From NCBI GenBank assembly GCA_042408215.1, contig JAYFMW010000001.1, forward strand, positions 1-64,000: a stretch of DNA of 64,000 bases, written 5' to 3'. Positions 27,778 through 38,780 of this stretch are shown piece after piece; positions within the stretch are counted from its first letter, which is position 1; each line of letters starts with the position of its first letter. Origin of the DNA: Microcoleus sp. GTDB taxonomy: Bacteria > Cyanobacteriota > Cyanobacteriia > Cyanobacteriales > Microcoleaceae. The notes beneath the pieces are model-generated. The model searched no databases, was not told where the DNA came from, and saw only the letters and a program-made list of their open reading frames with translations. The position numbers and the translations under genes are program-made.

Positions 27778-30700
27778 CTAATTTCCAACTCTGGAATTTT
27801 GCGAAATTGGCAAGGCGATCGCAAACTCTGCTCCCTGGCCAACTGCCGAATGACACATCAACTCACCACCGTGACTCTCTTTGACAATTTGGTAGCTAAT
27901 CGACAATCCCAAACCAGTAGCACGACCCACCGGTTTCGTAGTAAAAAATGGGTCAAACATCTTGGATTGAACTTCGCTACTAATTCCGGGCCCGTTGTCA
28001 GCAATACGCACGCATACTTGATTTTCGCTGCTGATTTCAGTGCTAATCCGAATCTGAGGATTTTTCTCAAACATTTGTCCAGAATCATTTGTAACTGTTG
28101 GAATGTTGTTTACTAATGATAATGACGAATGACTGATGACTAATGACTCTGACAAAGCATCGATCGCATTCGATAGTAAATTCATAAATACCTGGTTCAG
28201 TTGAGCCGGATAGCATTCAATTTTTGGCAGGTTCCCGTACTCCTTAATAACTTGAATCTCCCCAGCTTTTCGCAGGGCCTTCAATCGGTGCTGCAAAAAC
28301 ACTAAAGTGCTTTCTATCCCTTCATGAATGTCTACTAATTTGAGATCTTTTTCATCAAGTCTCGAAAAGTTTCGCAAATCCAGCACGATCTGCTTAATTC
28401 GTTGAGCACCTGCTTGCATTGAATCTAGGATTTTGGGAAAATCTTCGGCGATAAAATCTATCTCTATTTTCTCGATTTCTTCGGCCACTTCGGTCACAGG
28501 TTCGGGATAGTATTGCTGGTAGATAGAAATCAAGTTTAGCAAGTCGTGAGCGTATCGTCTGGCGGGAGTAATATTGCTGTAAATAAAGCTGACGGGGTTA
28601 TTAATTTCGTGGGCAACTCCCGCTACCATTTGCCCGATTGTTGACATTTTTTCCGATTGAATGAGTTGCGATTGGGCGCTTTTCAATTGTGACAGAGTTT
28701 TTTTGAGCTGTTGGGATTTTTCTCGCGATCGCTGTTCGCTAAGAAGCAAAGTGGCTGAGGCTTGTTTGCGATCGCTAATATCGATATGCGTGCCCGTCAT
28801 CCGCAGGGGATTTCCAGAAACATCGCGTTCCATCACCTTACCTTGAGCCAAAATCCACTTCCACTCACCCGATTTGGTTAACATCCGAAATTCCACTTCG
28901 TAGACCGGAGTTTGCCCTTCAAAGTGAGCGTTGAGCGCTGATTTAGCCCGCTGCAAATCCTCGGGATCTAACAGTTTCTCCCAGGATGCAAAACTATTTT
29001 CTATTTCCTCTACTTCATAGCCTAACATCGTCTTCCACCGCGCATTGAAATAGACTTCTCCCTTGTTCACATTCCAATCCCACAATCCCATCGCACTTCC
29101 TTCAAATGCCAGATAAAAACGTTCTTCGCTAATTTTCAAAGCTGCTTCTACTTGTTTGCGTTCAGTAATATCCATTACTGTTCCCAAGAGTTGAATAACT
29201 TCCCCGGTTTCATTAAAAACAGCTTCTCCCCTGACCTCTATGTATCGGATTTGACCCCCAGGATGCAAAATCCGCAACTCCTCTTTGTAGGGTTTCCCTT
29301 CTGAGATAGCAAGGTTTACAATTTGGTTAAAAAACTCTCTGTCGTGGGGATGATACATCTCGTTGAGTTCGGCAGATGTTGGTTCAGGTTGGGCAGGATC
29401 GAGACCAAAAATGCGGAATACTTCTTGTGACCAAGTAATTTTCTGGTCTAGTAAATCAAATTTCCAACTGCCAATCCCGGCAAGTTTTTGGGCTGCTGCT
29501 AGACTCGCTTCGCTCTTTTGGAGTTGAATTCGCTGCTGTTTTTCTTGTTCGAGAAGATTGGCTTGAGCGATCGCGATTCCCAGTTGTGCCCTCGCTGCTT
29601 CTAATAATCTAATCTCATCTTCTGTCCAGTGGCGAGGGCGATCGTACTGATGCAAGGCGATCGCTCCGTTCGCTTTTCCCTGGTAGGAAGTGCGAATTGC
29701 TATCATCGACTTTAAACCTATTCGATCGACCAAATCTCTAGCATTTGCTAGCAGCGGTTCGGTCAAAACATCGTCAGAAACCACAGCTTTTTCTTGTGAT
29801 AATACCAACTCAGCATGAGGATTGCCAGGGACTGGGATTTCTAAATCTAGAATCGATTCTGATTCTGATTCCGATCTTTTGTATTGGGCAACACAACGAA
29901 TGCGGGGTATTGGGTGTTCTGTATAAGTGTGAATCAAGCAGCAATCGGCATTAAAAACTAAACCAATTTGGGTAGCAGCTCTCTGAAAGACTTGTTCCTG
30001 GTTTAAGTTATAGCGAATTTCCAGAGTAATTTTTTCGAGCAGAAATCTTTGCTTTACTTGCCGTTCTAAAACAACTAAAGCTCTCTTAAGTTCGAGTTCT
30101 GCGTGTTTGCAATCGCTAATTTCAATTGCAGTTCCCAGAATTTTCCAAGGTTGGCCCTCCGCTGTTCTGGCAAACACGGTCTCCCGGCTAAAAAACCACC
30201 GATATCCACCATTTTTGTGCTGTATCCGGTATTCAAAATCAAATATTTCGCCATCTTTTGCTGTCTCAAGTTTTTGCCTCTGTGCTGAGAATGCAGGCAA
30301 ATCGTCAGGGTGTATTAACTTAGGAATAAATGCGGCTGCCATCTGCTGTATTTCTTCAAACCTGTAGCCAAGATCGCTATAAATTTCGCGGTTTAGATAG
30401 AGACTTCTCTCTTCTATTATATCGTAAAGGTACAAAAGATTAGGATTCGTTTTAATTATTGCCGACAGCCATTGCTGGCTTGCTCGTAGTTTTGCTTCGC
30501 TCTGCTTGCGTTCTTCTATTTCTGCTTCTAGCAGCGCATTTTGTACTAAAAGTTGCTGAGAAAGCCGGCTCGTCAGCAGTTGATTTTCAACGCGAGCCAA
30601 AAGTTCTTCTGCTTGAAACGGTTTCGTAATGTAGTCTACCCCGCCCACCCCAAAAGCTTTCACTTTATCGAACACTTCATCTAAAGCACTGAGAAAAATC

Positions 30701-30999
30701 ACTGGAATATTTTTCGTTTGAGAACAAGCCTTTAGCTGTTCGCAGACTTGATAACCATTCATGTGAGGCATCATGATGTCCAGCAAAATCAAATCCGGCG
30801 GATTTAAACGGGCAGACTGGAGAGCGAGTTCGCCCTCCAATGTCGGCCACACTTTATATCCCCGCATCGACAAAATTATGGATAAAAGGCGCAAGCTATC
30901 CGGGTGATCGTCAACTATTAAAATCTTGGGCTTTTCGGCAGAATTTTGTTCTGCACTTGGTGCTAAGTTGCCGCTTTCAATGTTGTTAAAATTCTTCAC
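27778..30999 (-). CDS. Hybrid sensor histidine kinase (REC-PAS-GAF-PAS-PAS-HisKA-HATPase)
   Basis: ILIVDD, LILLDIMMP, AHEINNP, NLLSNA, DNGPG, FDPFFTTK, GLGL. Confidence 0.92.
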   Translation of the reverse strand: MKNFNNIESGNLAPSAEQNSAEKPKILIVDDHPDSLRLLSIILSMRGYKVWPTLEGELALQSARLNPPDLILLDIMMPHMNGYQVCEQLKACSQTKNIPVIFLSALDEVFDKVKAFGVGGVDYITKPFQAEELLARVENQLLTSRLSQQLLVQNALLEAEIEERKQSEAKLRASQQWLSAIIKTNPNLLYLYDIIEERSLYLNREIYSDLGYRFEEIQQMAAAFIPKLIHPDDLPAFSAQRQKLETAKDGEIFDFEYRIQHKNGGYRWFFSRETVFARTAEGQPWKILGTAIEISDCKHAELELKRALVVLERQVKQRFLLEKITLEIRYNLNQEQVFQRAATQIGLVFNADCCLIHTYTEHPIPRIRCVAQYKRSESESESILDLEIPVPGNPHAELVLSQEKAVVSDDVLTEPLLANARDLVDRIGLKSMIAIRTSYQGKANGAIALHQYDRPRHWTEDEIRLLEAARAQLGIAIAQANLLEQEKQQRIQLQKSEASLAAAQKLAGIGSWKFDLLDQKITWSQEVFRIFGLDPAQPEPTSAELNEMYHPHDREFFNQIVNLAISEGKPYKEELRILHPGGQIRYIEVRGEAVFNETGEVIQLLGTVMDITERKQVEAALKISEERFYLAFEGSAMGLWDWNVNKGEVYFNARWKTMLGYEVEEIENSFASWEKLLDPEDLQRAKSALNAHFEGQTPVYEVEFRMLTKSGEWKWILAQGKVMERDVSGNPLRMTGTHIDISDRKQASATLLLSEQRSREKSQQLKKTLSQLKSAQSQLIQSEKMSTIGQMVAGVAHEINNPVSFIYSNITPARRYAHDLLNLISIYQQYYPEPVTEVAEEIEKIEIDFIAEDFPKILDSMQAGAQRIKQIVLDLRNFSRLDEKDLKLVDIHEGIESTLVFLQHRLKALRKAGEIQVIKEYGNLPKIECYPAQLNQVFMNLLSNAIDALSESLVISHSSLSLVNNIPTVTNDSGQMFEKNPQIRISTEISSENQVCVRIADNGPGISSEVQSKMFDPFFTTKPVGRATGLGLSISYQIVKESHGGELMCHSAVGQGAEFAIALPISQNSRVGN

Positions 31000-31372
31000 T
31001 TTTTACTCCCAAAAGCTAGTTTTTGTGTTTTTTTTTCAGGACTAAGGTTTTGATGTGGGTTGAGATACTTATGCAGGTGAGTAAGGTGAGCAGTGCCCAC
31101 CCTAAAATATTAAGTTGATGGTATCATTTCTGTGGTGAAATTCATTTTATTTTTCCTAAATTGCGATCGTCTCTTGGTGGCTGCTACCTTCGGATACCTC
31201 AAAGCCCAGAGAATAGTTAGCTTAACTGACAATCAGCGATCGCCAAAACGATCGCGCCCAAAACCGCAATATGGTTTAAACCCACATCTTGTACCATTCT
31301 CAATCACAGACAAGATGCCTGTTCCACAATATTTGATTGATGAATCCGCTTTTTTCGGTTTATTGTTGGTGC

Positions 31373-32308
31373 TTATTTGTCTCGCTGAGCTTTCAACTCA
31401 CCGTAAGCAGCATATACGGCTTTCACATTATACCAATTCAGAAAAATCCGAGCAATTTCTAAAGCTAGCTGCGGCTGACCTCGATCGATCAACCACTGCA
31501 AAAAAGGTGTCATTGTCCGCTCATTAAGCATTCCGCCAAAAGATAAAACTCCCCAAAGTATCTGGTGCAACCAAGTCATTTGAATCATCAGCCGCACTTC
31601 CCAACTAGGGTGTTTTTGATAAAACAAAACCCCCATTCTGCCGCGCTGAATTTCTCGATCGATCATACCGGGAATTTGCTTTAAACTAAAAGGTGGATGC
31701 CAGTGATAGCCAACAGCAGCCGGACATTTAATCAGTTTTAAACCTAATTTCTTTAATCTAACTCCCAACTCTAAATCTTCCCATCCATAAAGTTGAAAGC
31801 GAGTGTCGAATAATCCAGCTTCAATCAACCAGTGGCGGGCGATCGCCACATTTCCCGTAGCAAAATAAGCGGCCGAAAAATCGGTGATTTTGTAAGGTTC
31901 CGAGGTAGGATTGTCAAAATTGCAAGTATTAATGACGCTGCCGTAAGTAAAAATACGGTCACTATCCTTTTTTTCTTGTAGCAAAGCATCTGCGTGTGCT
32001 TGTAAAAAATGCTCCGTAACAACTAAATCGCTGTCAATAAAAATAATCGTATCGCCCTTGGCCTGTTCGACACCCAGATTCCGGGCCGCCGCCGGGCCTT
32101 GGTGAGATTGTGCGATCGATCGCACATGAGGAAGCTCAACCGCAGTTGCGGCCAACCACTCCAGCGTGCCATCTGTGGAGCCGTCGTCTACTACAATTAC
32201 CTCATAATCTGTGACAATGTTACCGAACTGCTGGTTTTCCAGAGCCAGTAGACATTTTGCCAAAATCGGTTTACGATTGTAAGTCGGAATCACAACACTA
32301 AAAAACAC
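31373..32308 (-). CDS. Glycosyltransferase family 2
   Basis: SVVIPTYNR, VDDGSTD, FIDSD, GWEDLELG. Confidence 0.9.
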   Translation of the reverse strand: MFFSVVIPTYNRKPILAKCLLALENQQFGNIVTDYEVIVVDDGSTDGTLEWLAATAVELPHVRSIAQSHQGPAAARNLGVEQAKGDTIIFIDSDLVVTEHFLQAHADALLQEKKDSDRIFTYGSVINTCNFDNPTSEPYKITDFSAAYFATGNVAIARHWLIEAGLFDTRFQLYGWEDLELGVRLKKLGLKLIKCPAAVGYHWHPPFSLKQIPGMIDREIQRGRMGVLFYQKHPSWEVRLMIQMTWLHQILWGVLSFGGMLNERTMTPFLQWLIDRGQPQLALEIARIFLNWYNVKAVYAAYGELKAQRDK

Positions 32309-32475
32309 GGCTTTTCCCCATCGCCACAGCTACCGTATCCCACGGTAGCAGATTTTTCGCATCAACTTGACTGGGATATAGCAAAGTTTAGCAAAAAAAG
32401 AATATCTAAATCTGTACCATTCCTGACAAGAATCGATCTCAATTAGGTGCATAATACAAATTGGTTAAATCTCAG

Positions 32476-32802
32476 ATCTTGCACCATTCTCAAGAACAGG
32501 CTGTCCGGCCTGTTCCACAAAAATTTAATTTTGTTGTGGGGTGGGCATCTGAGACTATTCTCCAGAACAGGCTGTCCGGCCTGTTCCACAAAAATTTAAT
32601 TTTGTTGTGGGGTGGGCATCTGAGACTATTCTCCAGAACAGGCTGTCCGGCCTGTTCCACAAAAATTTAATTTTGTTGTGGGGTGGGCATCTGAGACTAT
32701 TCTCCAGAACAGGCTGTCCGGCCTGTTCCACAAAAATTTAATTTATTGTGGGGCGGGCATCTTGCCCGCCCTAAAAGGCTTATTCGCTGCGGGTGCAAGA
32801 TG
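32476..32802. repeat. 71-bp tandem repeat (~4 copies) inside an ATCTTGCACC...GGTGCAAGAT inverted-repeat shell
   Basis: GAACAGGCTGTCCGGCCTGTTC recurs at 32494, 32565, 32636 and 32707. Confidence 0.9.
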
Positions 32803-32829
32803 TCAGTTAAATTCAGGATGTAAATACCC

Positions 32830-34032
32830 ATGAGTCGCGCTAAAAAAGTTGTCCTAGCATATTCCGGCGGAGTCGATACCTCCGTCTGCATTCCTTACCT
32901 CAAAAACGAGTGGGGTGTTGAAGAAGTAATTACTCTGGCCGCGGATTTGGGACAGGGAGACGAATTAGAACCGATCCGCAAAAAAGCTTTAGCATCCGGT
33001 GCTTCGGAATCTTTAGTTATTGATGCTACAGAGGAATTTGTCAAAGACTATGCGTTTCCAGCAATTCAAGCCAACGCACTTTACGAAAACCGCTATCCCC
33101 TTTCGACTGCCCTCGCTCGCCCGCTGATTGCTAAACTGTTAGTAGAAGCTGCCCAAAAATACGGTGCTGATGCGATCGCCCACGGTTGTACGGGTAAAGG
33201 AAACGATCAGGTACGGTTCGATGTGTCCATCGGCGCACTAAATCCCAAGATTAAAATCTTAGCACCGGCGCGGGAATGGAAAATGAGCCGGGAAGAAACA
33301 ATTGCTTACGGGGAGAAATGCGGCATTCCGTCGCCCGTGAAAAAATCTTCTCCTTACAGTATCGATCGCAATTTGTTGGGAATGGCGATCGAAGCCGGAA
33401 TCCTGGAAGATCCTTGGGCTGAACCGCCGGAGGAGGTTTATTTGATGACAAAGGCGATCGAACAAACACCCAACACACCCGAATACCTAGAAATCGGTTT
33501 TGATTGCGGAAATCCTGTCAGTTTGAACGGCAAAGATTTATCACCAGTCGCCTTAATTTCCCAACTCAACGAAATAGTGGGAAATCACGGCATCGGCCGG
33601 ATTGACATGATTGAAAACCGCCTAGTCGGGATTAAATCGCGGGAAATTTACGAAACTCCAGCGATTTTAGTTTTGATGCACGCGCACCGAGACTTAGAAA
33701 GTTTGACCCTGACAGCAGATGTCACGCGATACAAGCGCGGCATCGAAGAAACCTACAGCCAAATGATTTACAATGGTCTTTGGTACAATCCTTTAAAAAC
33801 AGCTTTAGACGCATTCATTCAGGACACGCAAAAGCGAGTTACTGGAACCGTGCGGCTCAAACTGTTCAAAGGAAATGCCACAATTGTCGGCCGCAAATCC
33901 GAAAATTCCCTGTACAGTTTCGACTTAGCAACCTACGGCGCAGAGGACGAATTCGACCACAAGGCGGCCGAAGGATTTGTCTACGTTTGGGGACTGCCAA
34001 CTCGCATTTGGTCGGAGAAGAATCGGGGTTAG
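32830..34032 (+). CDS. argG: Argininosuccinate synthase
   Basis: [34 protein letters not shown]. Confidence 0.97.
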   Translation: MSRAKKVVLAYSGGVDTSVCIPYLKNEWGVEEVITLAADLGQGDELEPIRKKALASGASESLVIDATEEFVKDYAFPAIQANALYENRYPLSTALARPLIAKLLVEAAQKYGADAIAHGCTGKGNDQVRFDVSIGALNPKIKILAPAREWKMSREETIAYGEKCGIPSPVKKSSPYSIDRNLLGMAIEAGILEDPWAEPPEEVYLMTKAIEQTPNTPEYLEIGFDCGNPVSLNGKDLSPVALISQLNEIVGNHGIGRIDMIENRLVGIKSREIYETPAILVLMHAHRDLESLTLTADVTRYKRGIEETYSQMIYNGLWYNPLKTALDAFIQDTQKRVTGTVRLKLFKGNATIVGRKSENSLYSFDLATYGAEDEFDHKAAEGFVYVWGLPTRIWSEKNRG

Positions 34033-34301
34033 AATGTGTTAACAGTCATGGAGGCAAAGAAACCGGTTTTCTATCAAAAATCTTTGCTTTCTCAACCAGA
34101 GATAGGAAGAAACCCGGTTTCTGACCTCGACCTGCGTCCAGGAGTGACAAACAAAGTCCGCGCAACGTGAGACTAAGAGTAAGGTGGGCATTGCCCACCT
34201 TATTTGTTAAAGTATAGATAAAATAATTTAAAAATCCTAGTGAGTTTGGTATAATAGAAGTGGTCGGAATCTACAATCATAAAAAACTCCATAGAAAGCC
34301 A

Positions 34302-34889
34302 ATGATTGCAAATCAAAACCAAAATTACATCTCGCCGGAAGAGTATCTCAAATTAGAAGAACTCAGCCAGATTAAACATGAGTATATTCAGGGCGAAACC
34401 TACGCAATGGCAGGTGCAAGTGATGCTCATGTGACAGTTGCTGGCAACTTATTTGCACTTTTGAGAAATCATGTTCGCGGTAGTGGCTGTCGTGTTTATA
34501 TGTCAGACATGAAAGCTAGGATTGAGTCTAGGAATATTTACTACTATCCCGACGTGATGGTAACGTGCGATGAACGGGACAAAGCATTTCAATCTTTTAA
34601 AAGACATCCTTGTTTAATTATCGAGGTTTTGTCAAAAGGAACTGAAGGATTCGATCGGGGAGATAAGTTTGCTGATTATCAAGAATTAGAAACGCTTCAA
34701 GAGTATGTGTTAATTAGTCAAAAGCGGCAGCGGGTGGAGTGTTTCCGCCGCAATGCTGAGGGGTTGTGGGTTTTGTATTCTTACACGCAAGGAAGCTTAA
34801 TCCACTTAGCTAGTGTAGACTTTCGCACTAGCATGGATGCTATCTATGAGGATGTAATTTTTACCAACGAAGATATTGTGCTGAATTAA
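34302..34889 (+). CDS. Uma2-family endonuclease
   Basis: EEYL..E, YYPDVMV, IIEVLS, DRGDKF..Y. Confidence 0.9.
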   Translation: MIANQNQNYISPEEYLKLEELSQIKHEYIQGETYAMAGASDAHVTVAGNLFALLRNHVRGSGCRVYMSDMKARIESRNIYYYPDVMVTCDERDKAFQSFKRHPCLIIEVLSKGTEGFDRGDKFADYQELETLQEYVLISQKRQRVECFRRNAEGLWVLYSYTQGSLIHLASVDFRTSMDAIYEDVIFTNEDIVLN

Positions 34890-34926
34890 CCATGCTATAA
34901 TAAGGATAAAACTTCACTCTGCAAAT

Positions 34927-35184
34927 ATGCCAAAATACCTGACAATTACAGAAGCGCAACAACAACTGCCAAAGTAGCCCGATGACTTAGCAGCAGAGCC
35001 AGCTATCATCACTAAGGATGGGAAACCGGCTATCGTTGCGCTCAGTTTTAAACAATTTGAATCTCTGTTAGAAACCATAGAAATTCTCTCGGATGGGGAA
35101 TTTATGGCTGATTTGCGATCGGGTATCCAACAAGCCCAGAGGGGAGAAACAATAGACTTACAACAGTTAAAAGCAGATTTATAA
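34927..35184 (+). pseudogene. Phd/YefM-type antitoxin with a nonsense codon at 34975-34977
   Basis: MPKYLTITEAQQQLPK*PDDL..EPAIITKDGKP...ESLLETIEILSD...GETIDLQQLKADL*. Confidence 0.8.
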
Positions 35185-35189
35185 CTTTC

Positions 35190-35969
35190 CTATACCTGAC
35201 TCAATATTTCCAAAAACTCCTGCACAACTAGATCCGGTTGTTCGCTGCATCGAGTAGCATCGTAATGTTTGACAAGACAGATGCCAGAATCTATCAAAAG
35301 CCCGCACATTTCATCTTCTGTGGCGTTTTGATGGGATGATTCGCTGTCAATTTTCAGTATCCCTAGCTTGTTTTGGTGGAAGATCAGAAAGTCAGCTTTT
35401 TGGTTTTGTCTCCCTGCGGCTGTTGGGATTCGGAGTTGGGAGTTGGGGATGAAGAGGGTGGAAGTGCGATCGAGCGTTTCGGCAATTTTCACTTGTGCGT
35501 CGGAGTGGAAGCAAAAACCATTCCAGTTAATTTCGTTTTCTGAGTCAGATAATTCAGTTTCACTGTCAGCATTTATTTTTTTATCTAAATCGGTTTGAAC
35601 ATAATCAGCTTCATTTAAGTTTGCGAATAATCTAGCTCCACTTAAGTTTGCTCCGCTGAGATTTGCACCGCTGAGGTTGACTTCGATCGTCAGATTTCGC
35701 TGTAGATTCACTTGAGTTCGCCGTAAGTATCGCTTTAAGACTGATTTGAGATTATCTTTTTTGACTTTTTCTTCTAGTGCTGTTGAAAGTAGTTTCCATA
35801 GTTTAGCACCAGCATCTTTGATATAATCATATTCATATTCAGTGCTGGCTGCAATTTCTTTATAAGACTGTCCTTCCCAGGATTGACGAAACACTATCTC
35901 TTGAATCTTGTTGAGGCGATCGTAGTTGAGGGCTGTTTCTGCGATCGCGATGGCTTCGTCAACGGTCAT
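35190..35969 (-). CDS. N-terminal HTH (vWA-MoxR-associated type) + pentapeptide repeats + degenerate nuclease-like domain
   Basis: QSWEGQSYKEIA...LWKLLS.ALEEKVKK.N; (ANLSG)n; ADFLI...GILKID. Confidence 0.7.
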   Translation of the reverse strand: MTVDEAIAIAETALNYDRLNKIQEIVFRQSWEGQSYKEIAASTEYEYDYIKDAGAKLWKLLSTALEEKVKKDNLKSVLKRYLRRTQVNLQRNLTIEVNLSGANLSGANLSGARLFANLNEADYVQTDLDKKINADSETELSDSENEINWNGFCFHSDAQVKIAETLDRTSTLFIPNSQLRIPTAAGRQNQKADFLIFHQNKLGILKIDSESSHQNATEDEMCGLLIDSGICLVKHYDATRCSEQPDLVVQEFLEILSQV

Positions 35970-36057
35970 ATGTTAAACTCCCCTCACACCTAAAACTCTC
36001 ACACTATACCAGATTCTAGCGCCACAGTCCAGCCACTTGGTCGATCGACTTGGTTAT

Positions 36058-36097
36058 TACTTTTATACTACTTTTCCAATACTTTTATATTACTTTT
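36058..36097. promoter_or_regulatory. Four TACTTTT motifs at exact 11-bp spacing (candidate operator array)
   Basis: TACTTTT starts at 36058, 36069, 36080 and 36091 in the divergent intergenic region. Confidence 0.55.
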
Positions 36098-36227
36098 TTG
36101 ACTCTTAAGACAGATGTGGATTTGATAATATGGAATGTAATCAACAGAAACAGTGTTTGTGTTGGAGTCTCATAGAATATCCCAGCCTCGATCAAATATT
36201 GCTGATAATTAATTAATAGGAAGCTTC

Positions 36228-36641
36228 ATGTTAAGTAAAAAACTGCTAACATTCAGTTTAATTACCTTATCTTACATTGGTAGTGTAGGAGTATTGTCTA
36301 CTTTAACTACTGGCTGTGACTTGATAAAACAAGATAAATCCCTGTCTGCAAGTAAAGCAGAAAAAATAGTGAATAAATGGAAATCTTCTCGAAGTGGAAC
36401 AATTCAGATATTAGGAGTACGCGAAAATCCAGACAATACTGCTGTAGCTACATTACAGGCTTCCAATTTAATAGTTAAAACAGACTTTCTTGGCACAATA
36501 ACGGAGAAAAACTTTTCGGGACCGGGCGAAGCTAAATTCTCGCGCTATACCGATGGAAGTTGGGCGCTCACAGGATTGGTTTTTGGAAATGATATATTGG
36601 ATAGCTTTTGGTTTAAGGATCTCAATATAAAAGATGATTAG
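36228..36641 (+). CDS. Putative lipoprotein
   Basis: Signal peptide ending TTGC. Confidence 0.7.
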   Translation: MLSKKLLTFSLITLSYIGSVGVLSTLTTGCDLIKQDKSLSASKAEKIVNKWKSSRSGTIQILGVRENPDNTAVATLQASNLIVKTDFLGTITEKNFSGPGEAKFSRYTDGSWALTGLVFGNDILDSFWFKDLNIKDD

Positions 36642-36757
36642 GTGAAACTTGGCAAAAAGCAAGGGTACTAGCTTGATATCGCTCTCAACAACATCAGGCT
36701 AGTTATTAGAAAGCAATGTGACTGAACAACAATTATTAGTAGAAGAGGAAATTATTA

Positions 36758-37783
36758 ATGTCATCTGGTAGTAACGGTAGTGGTGGCGTACATTGGGTAG
36801 CAATAGGAGCGGTTGTTGCGGTTCTAGGCACAATTACTGGTTTTGGAGTCTTCCTTTTTGGAGATAAATTACTATGTAATTTGAAAGGCGTGAATATTGG
36901 CTTTCTGAAATGTGAGGAAGATGCTAAAGTTGTGACTCCAGCACCACCGTTCCCCCCCAAATTTCCTCCTTCATCTGAGCCTATTAAACAAGATATTATT
37001 CCTTCTTCATCACCGATATCCACTTCTTCTCCTGCGCCGGAGACTCCAGCGCCAGTTTCGCCATCGCCATCGCCAGTAAAATTATCTGCTGACGAGAAGC
37101 CCTGCACAGTAGAGCAAAATGGCAGTACCGTAAACCTTGGTTCTTTGGAACGTTCTTGCCCATTCGCTGGTAATGTTACTTCTAATAATCTAGAGAACCG
37201 TTACCGTTTTAAGATAGATAATCCCAGTAATATAAGCTTGTTTTTAGATGGTGTCAATAGCGAAGTAGAAATGTTTTTATATTCAGACAAAGATGGCACT
37301 GGAGTAATTCAATATCAACTTGAAAACACATCTGCTATTAAGTCAAGAACAGGAATAATCAAACAAGAATTGAATGTGGGTAGCTACATTATTGTTGTGA
37401 AAATGAAAGCTAGAGACACCCCATATTCACTTCAAATCATTAATAATACAAGTCAAATCCAAAATGTTGGTTATTTAGAAGAAAAAACCATCTCCAAAAA
37501 TGGCAGTATTAGTTTAAATAATCGAGAGCAATTTTACAGTTTCCAACTAGCAAATCCTAGCAGCATTAGTCTGTCTTTGGGTGGCGTTAATAGCGAAGTG
37601 GAAATGGTTTTATATTCAGACAAGAATGGAACAGGAGTAATTCAATATCAACTTGAAAATATATCTGCTTCTAACTCAAAGCCAGGAATAATTAAAAGCA
37701 ACTTAAGAGTAGGTAATTACATTGTTCTTGTGCGGTCAAAAGCTAGAGACACCAATTACACTCTTACTATGTCTGCTCCTTAG
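36758..37783 (+). CDS. Membrane-anchored protein with Pro-rich linker and two PPC-like domains
   Basis: N-terminal TM; duplicated YxF.L.NPS.ISL.L.GVNSEVEM.LYSDK module. Confidence 0.75.
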   Translation: MSSGSNGSGGVHWVAIGAVVAVLGTITGFGVFLFGDKLLCNLKGVNIGFLKCEEDAKVVTPAPPFPPKFPPSSEPIKQDIIPSSSPISTSSPAPETPAPVSPSPSPVKLSADEKPCTVEQNGSTVNLGSLERSCPFAGNVTSNNLENRYRFKIDNPSNISLFLDGVNSEVEMFLYSDKDGTGVIQYQLENTSAIKSRTGIIKQELNVGSYIIVVKMKARDTPYSLQIINNTSQIQNVGYLEEKTISKNGSISLNNREQFYSFQLANPSSISLSLGGVNSEVEMVLYSDKNGTGVIQYQLENISASNSKPGIIKSNLRVGNYIVLVRSKARDTNYTLTMSAP

Positions 37784-37844
37784 TTAATTCTTGAATTTCT
37801 CTTGAATCAGCAGTTTATGCTCTAGCTACCACAAAGTAATTACT

Positions 37845-38780
37845 ATGACTAATCCTCAAAACAACTCTAATCTTGCGCCTTGGAAATGGGCTTTAATTGG
37901 TGCTGGCTCAACTTTAGTGTTAGGCTTAGCTGGCTTTGGATTATATAATCTACTGAATCCTAAAACTTCTTCAACTTCAACTTCAACGCCAACGTCAACG
38001 TCAACTTCTGTAGCTAATGCAACTCCTGATAATTCTGTTGCTAAACAATTGATAGGTCAATGGGAAATCAAAATTTCAGGTAATTCTTTTACATTAATTT
38101 TTACGCAGGAAGGTAAGTTATTTATGTTGGAGACACCCACTTCAGCTACCGAACTGAAGTATCAAATTAACGTAACTCCTCAACCAAAGAATCTCGATCT
38201 ATTAGTAGGGACAAAAATTATCGCAAGGACAATTTTTGATTTCACAGCAGATGGTCAGTTGCGTTTAGAATTAGATAATATTGGAGAATCTCGACCGACC
38301 TCTTTTAGTTCCAATGTAAAAACTTTTCAGAAAATATCTGAGCAAACGACACTTCCCTCTAATGTTCAAGTAGTTAATCCAGAAGATCAACAAAGAAAGG
38401 TTAGACAGTCAGAAGCCAAACAGTATGTTAGTTCAATGATCAAAGCCCAACAAGCTTTTTACGCTGAGTATGCCACTTTTTCATCTACCATACAAAAATT
38501 GGGAATAGGTATCAAGTCAGAAACAGAAAATTACTCATATAGCATTGTTTTGAGTAAGGATAATCGTTGGGTGCAAGCAATCGGTTTAGCCAAGAGAGAT
38601 GGATTGAAAAACTATACAGGCATAGTTTTTTTAACTAAAACCTCTGATGGTCAATATACATCTACACAATCTAGACTTTGCGAAAGCACTCAACCATCAA
38701 AAGAGCTTCCAGGAACACCAACAGCTACTAATTCTCCTGACATGCAATGTCCTTCTGGTTATTCAGAGGTGCTGCGGTGA
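37845..38780 (+). CDS. Membrane-anchored protein with type IV pilin-like G/H domain
   Basis: TM, S/T linker, QSEAKQYV..M.KAQQAFY, ETENYSY, C-terminal Cys pair. Confidence 0.8.
   Translation: MTNPQNNSNLAPWKWALIGAGSTLVLGLAGFGLYNLLNPKTSSTSTSTPTSTSTSVANATPDNSVAKQLIGQWEIKISGNSFTLIFTQEGKLFMLETPTSATELKYQINVTPQPKNLDLLVGTKIIARTIFDFTADGQLRLELDNIGESRPTSFSSNVKTFQKISEQTTLPSNVQVVNPEDQQRKVRQSEAKQYVSSMIKAQQAFYAEYATFSSTIQKLGIGIKSETENYSYSIVLSKDNRWVQAIGLAKRDGLKNYTGIVFLTKTSDGQYTSTQSRLCESTQPSKELPGTPTATNSPDMQCPSGYSEVLR

Noticed and set aside
32476..32802. Possible CRISPR array
   Set aside because: The sequence between hairpins is identical in each unit, so it is a tandem repeat
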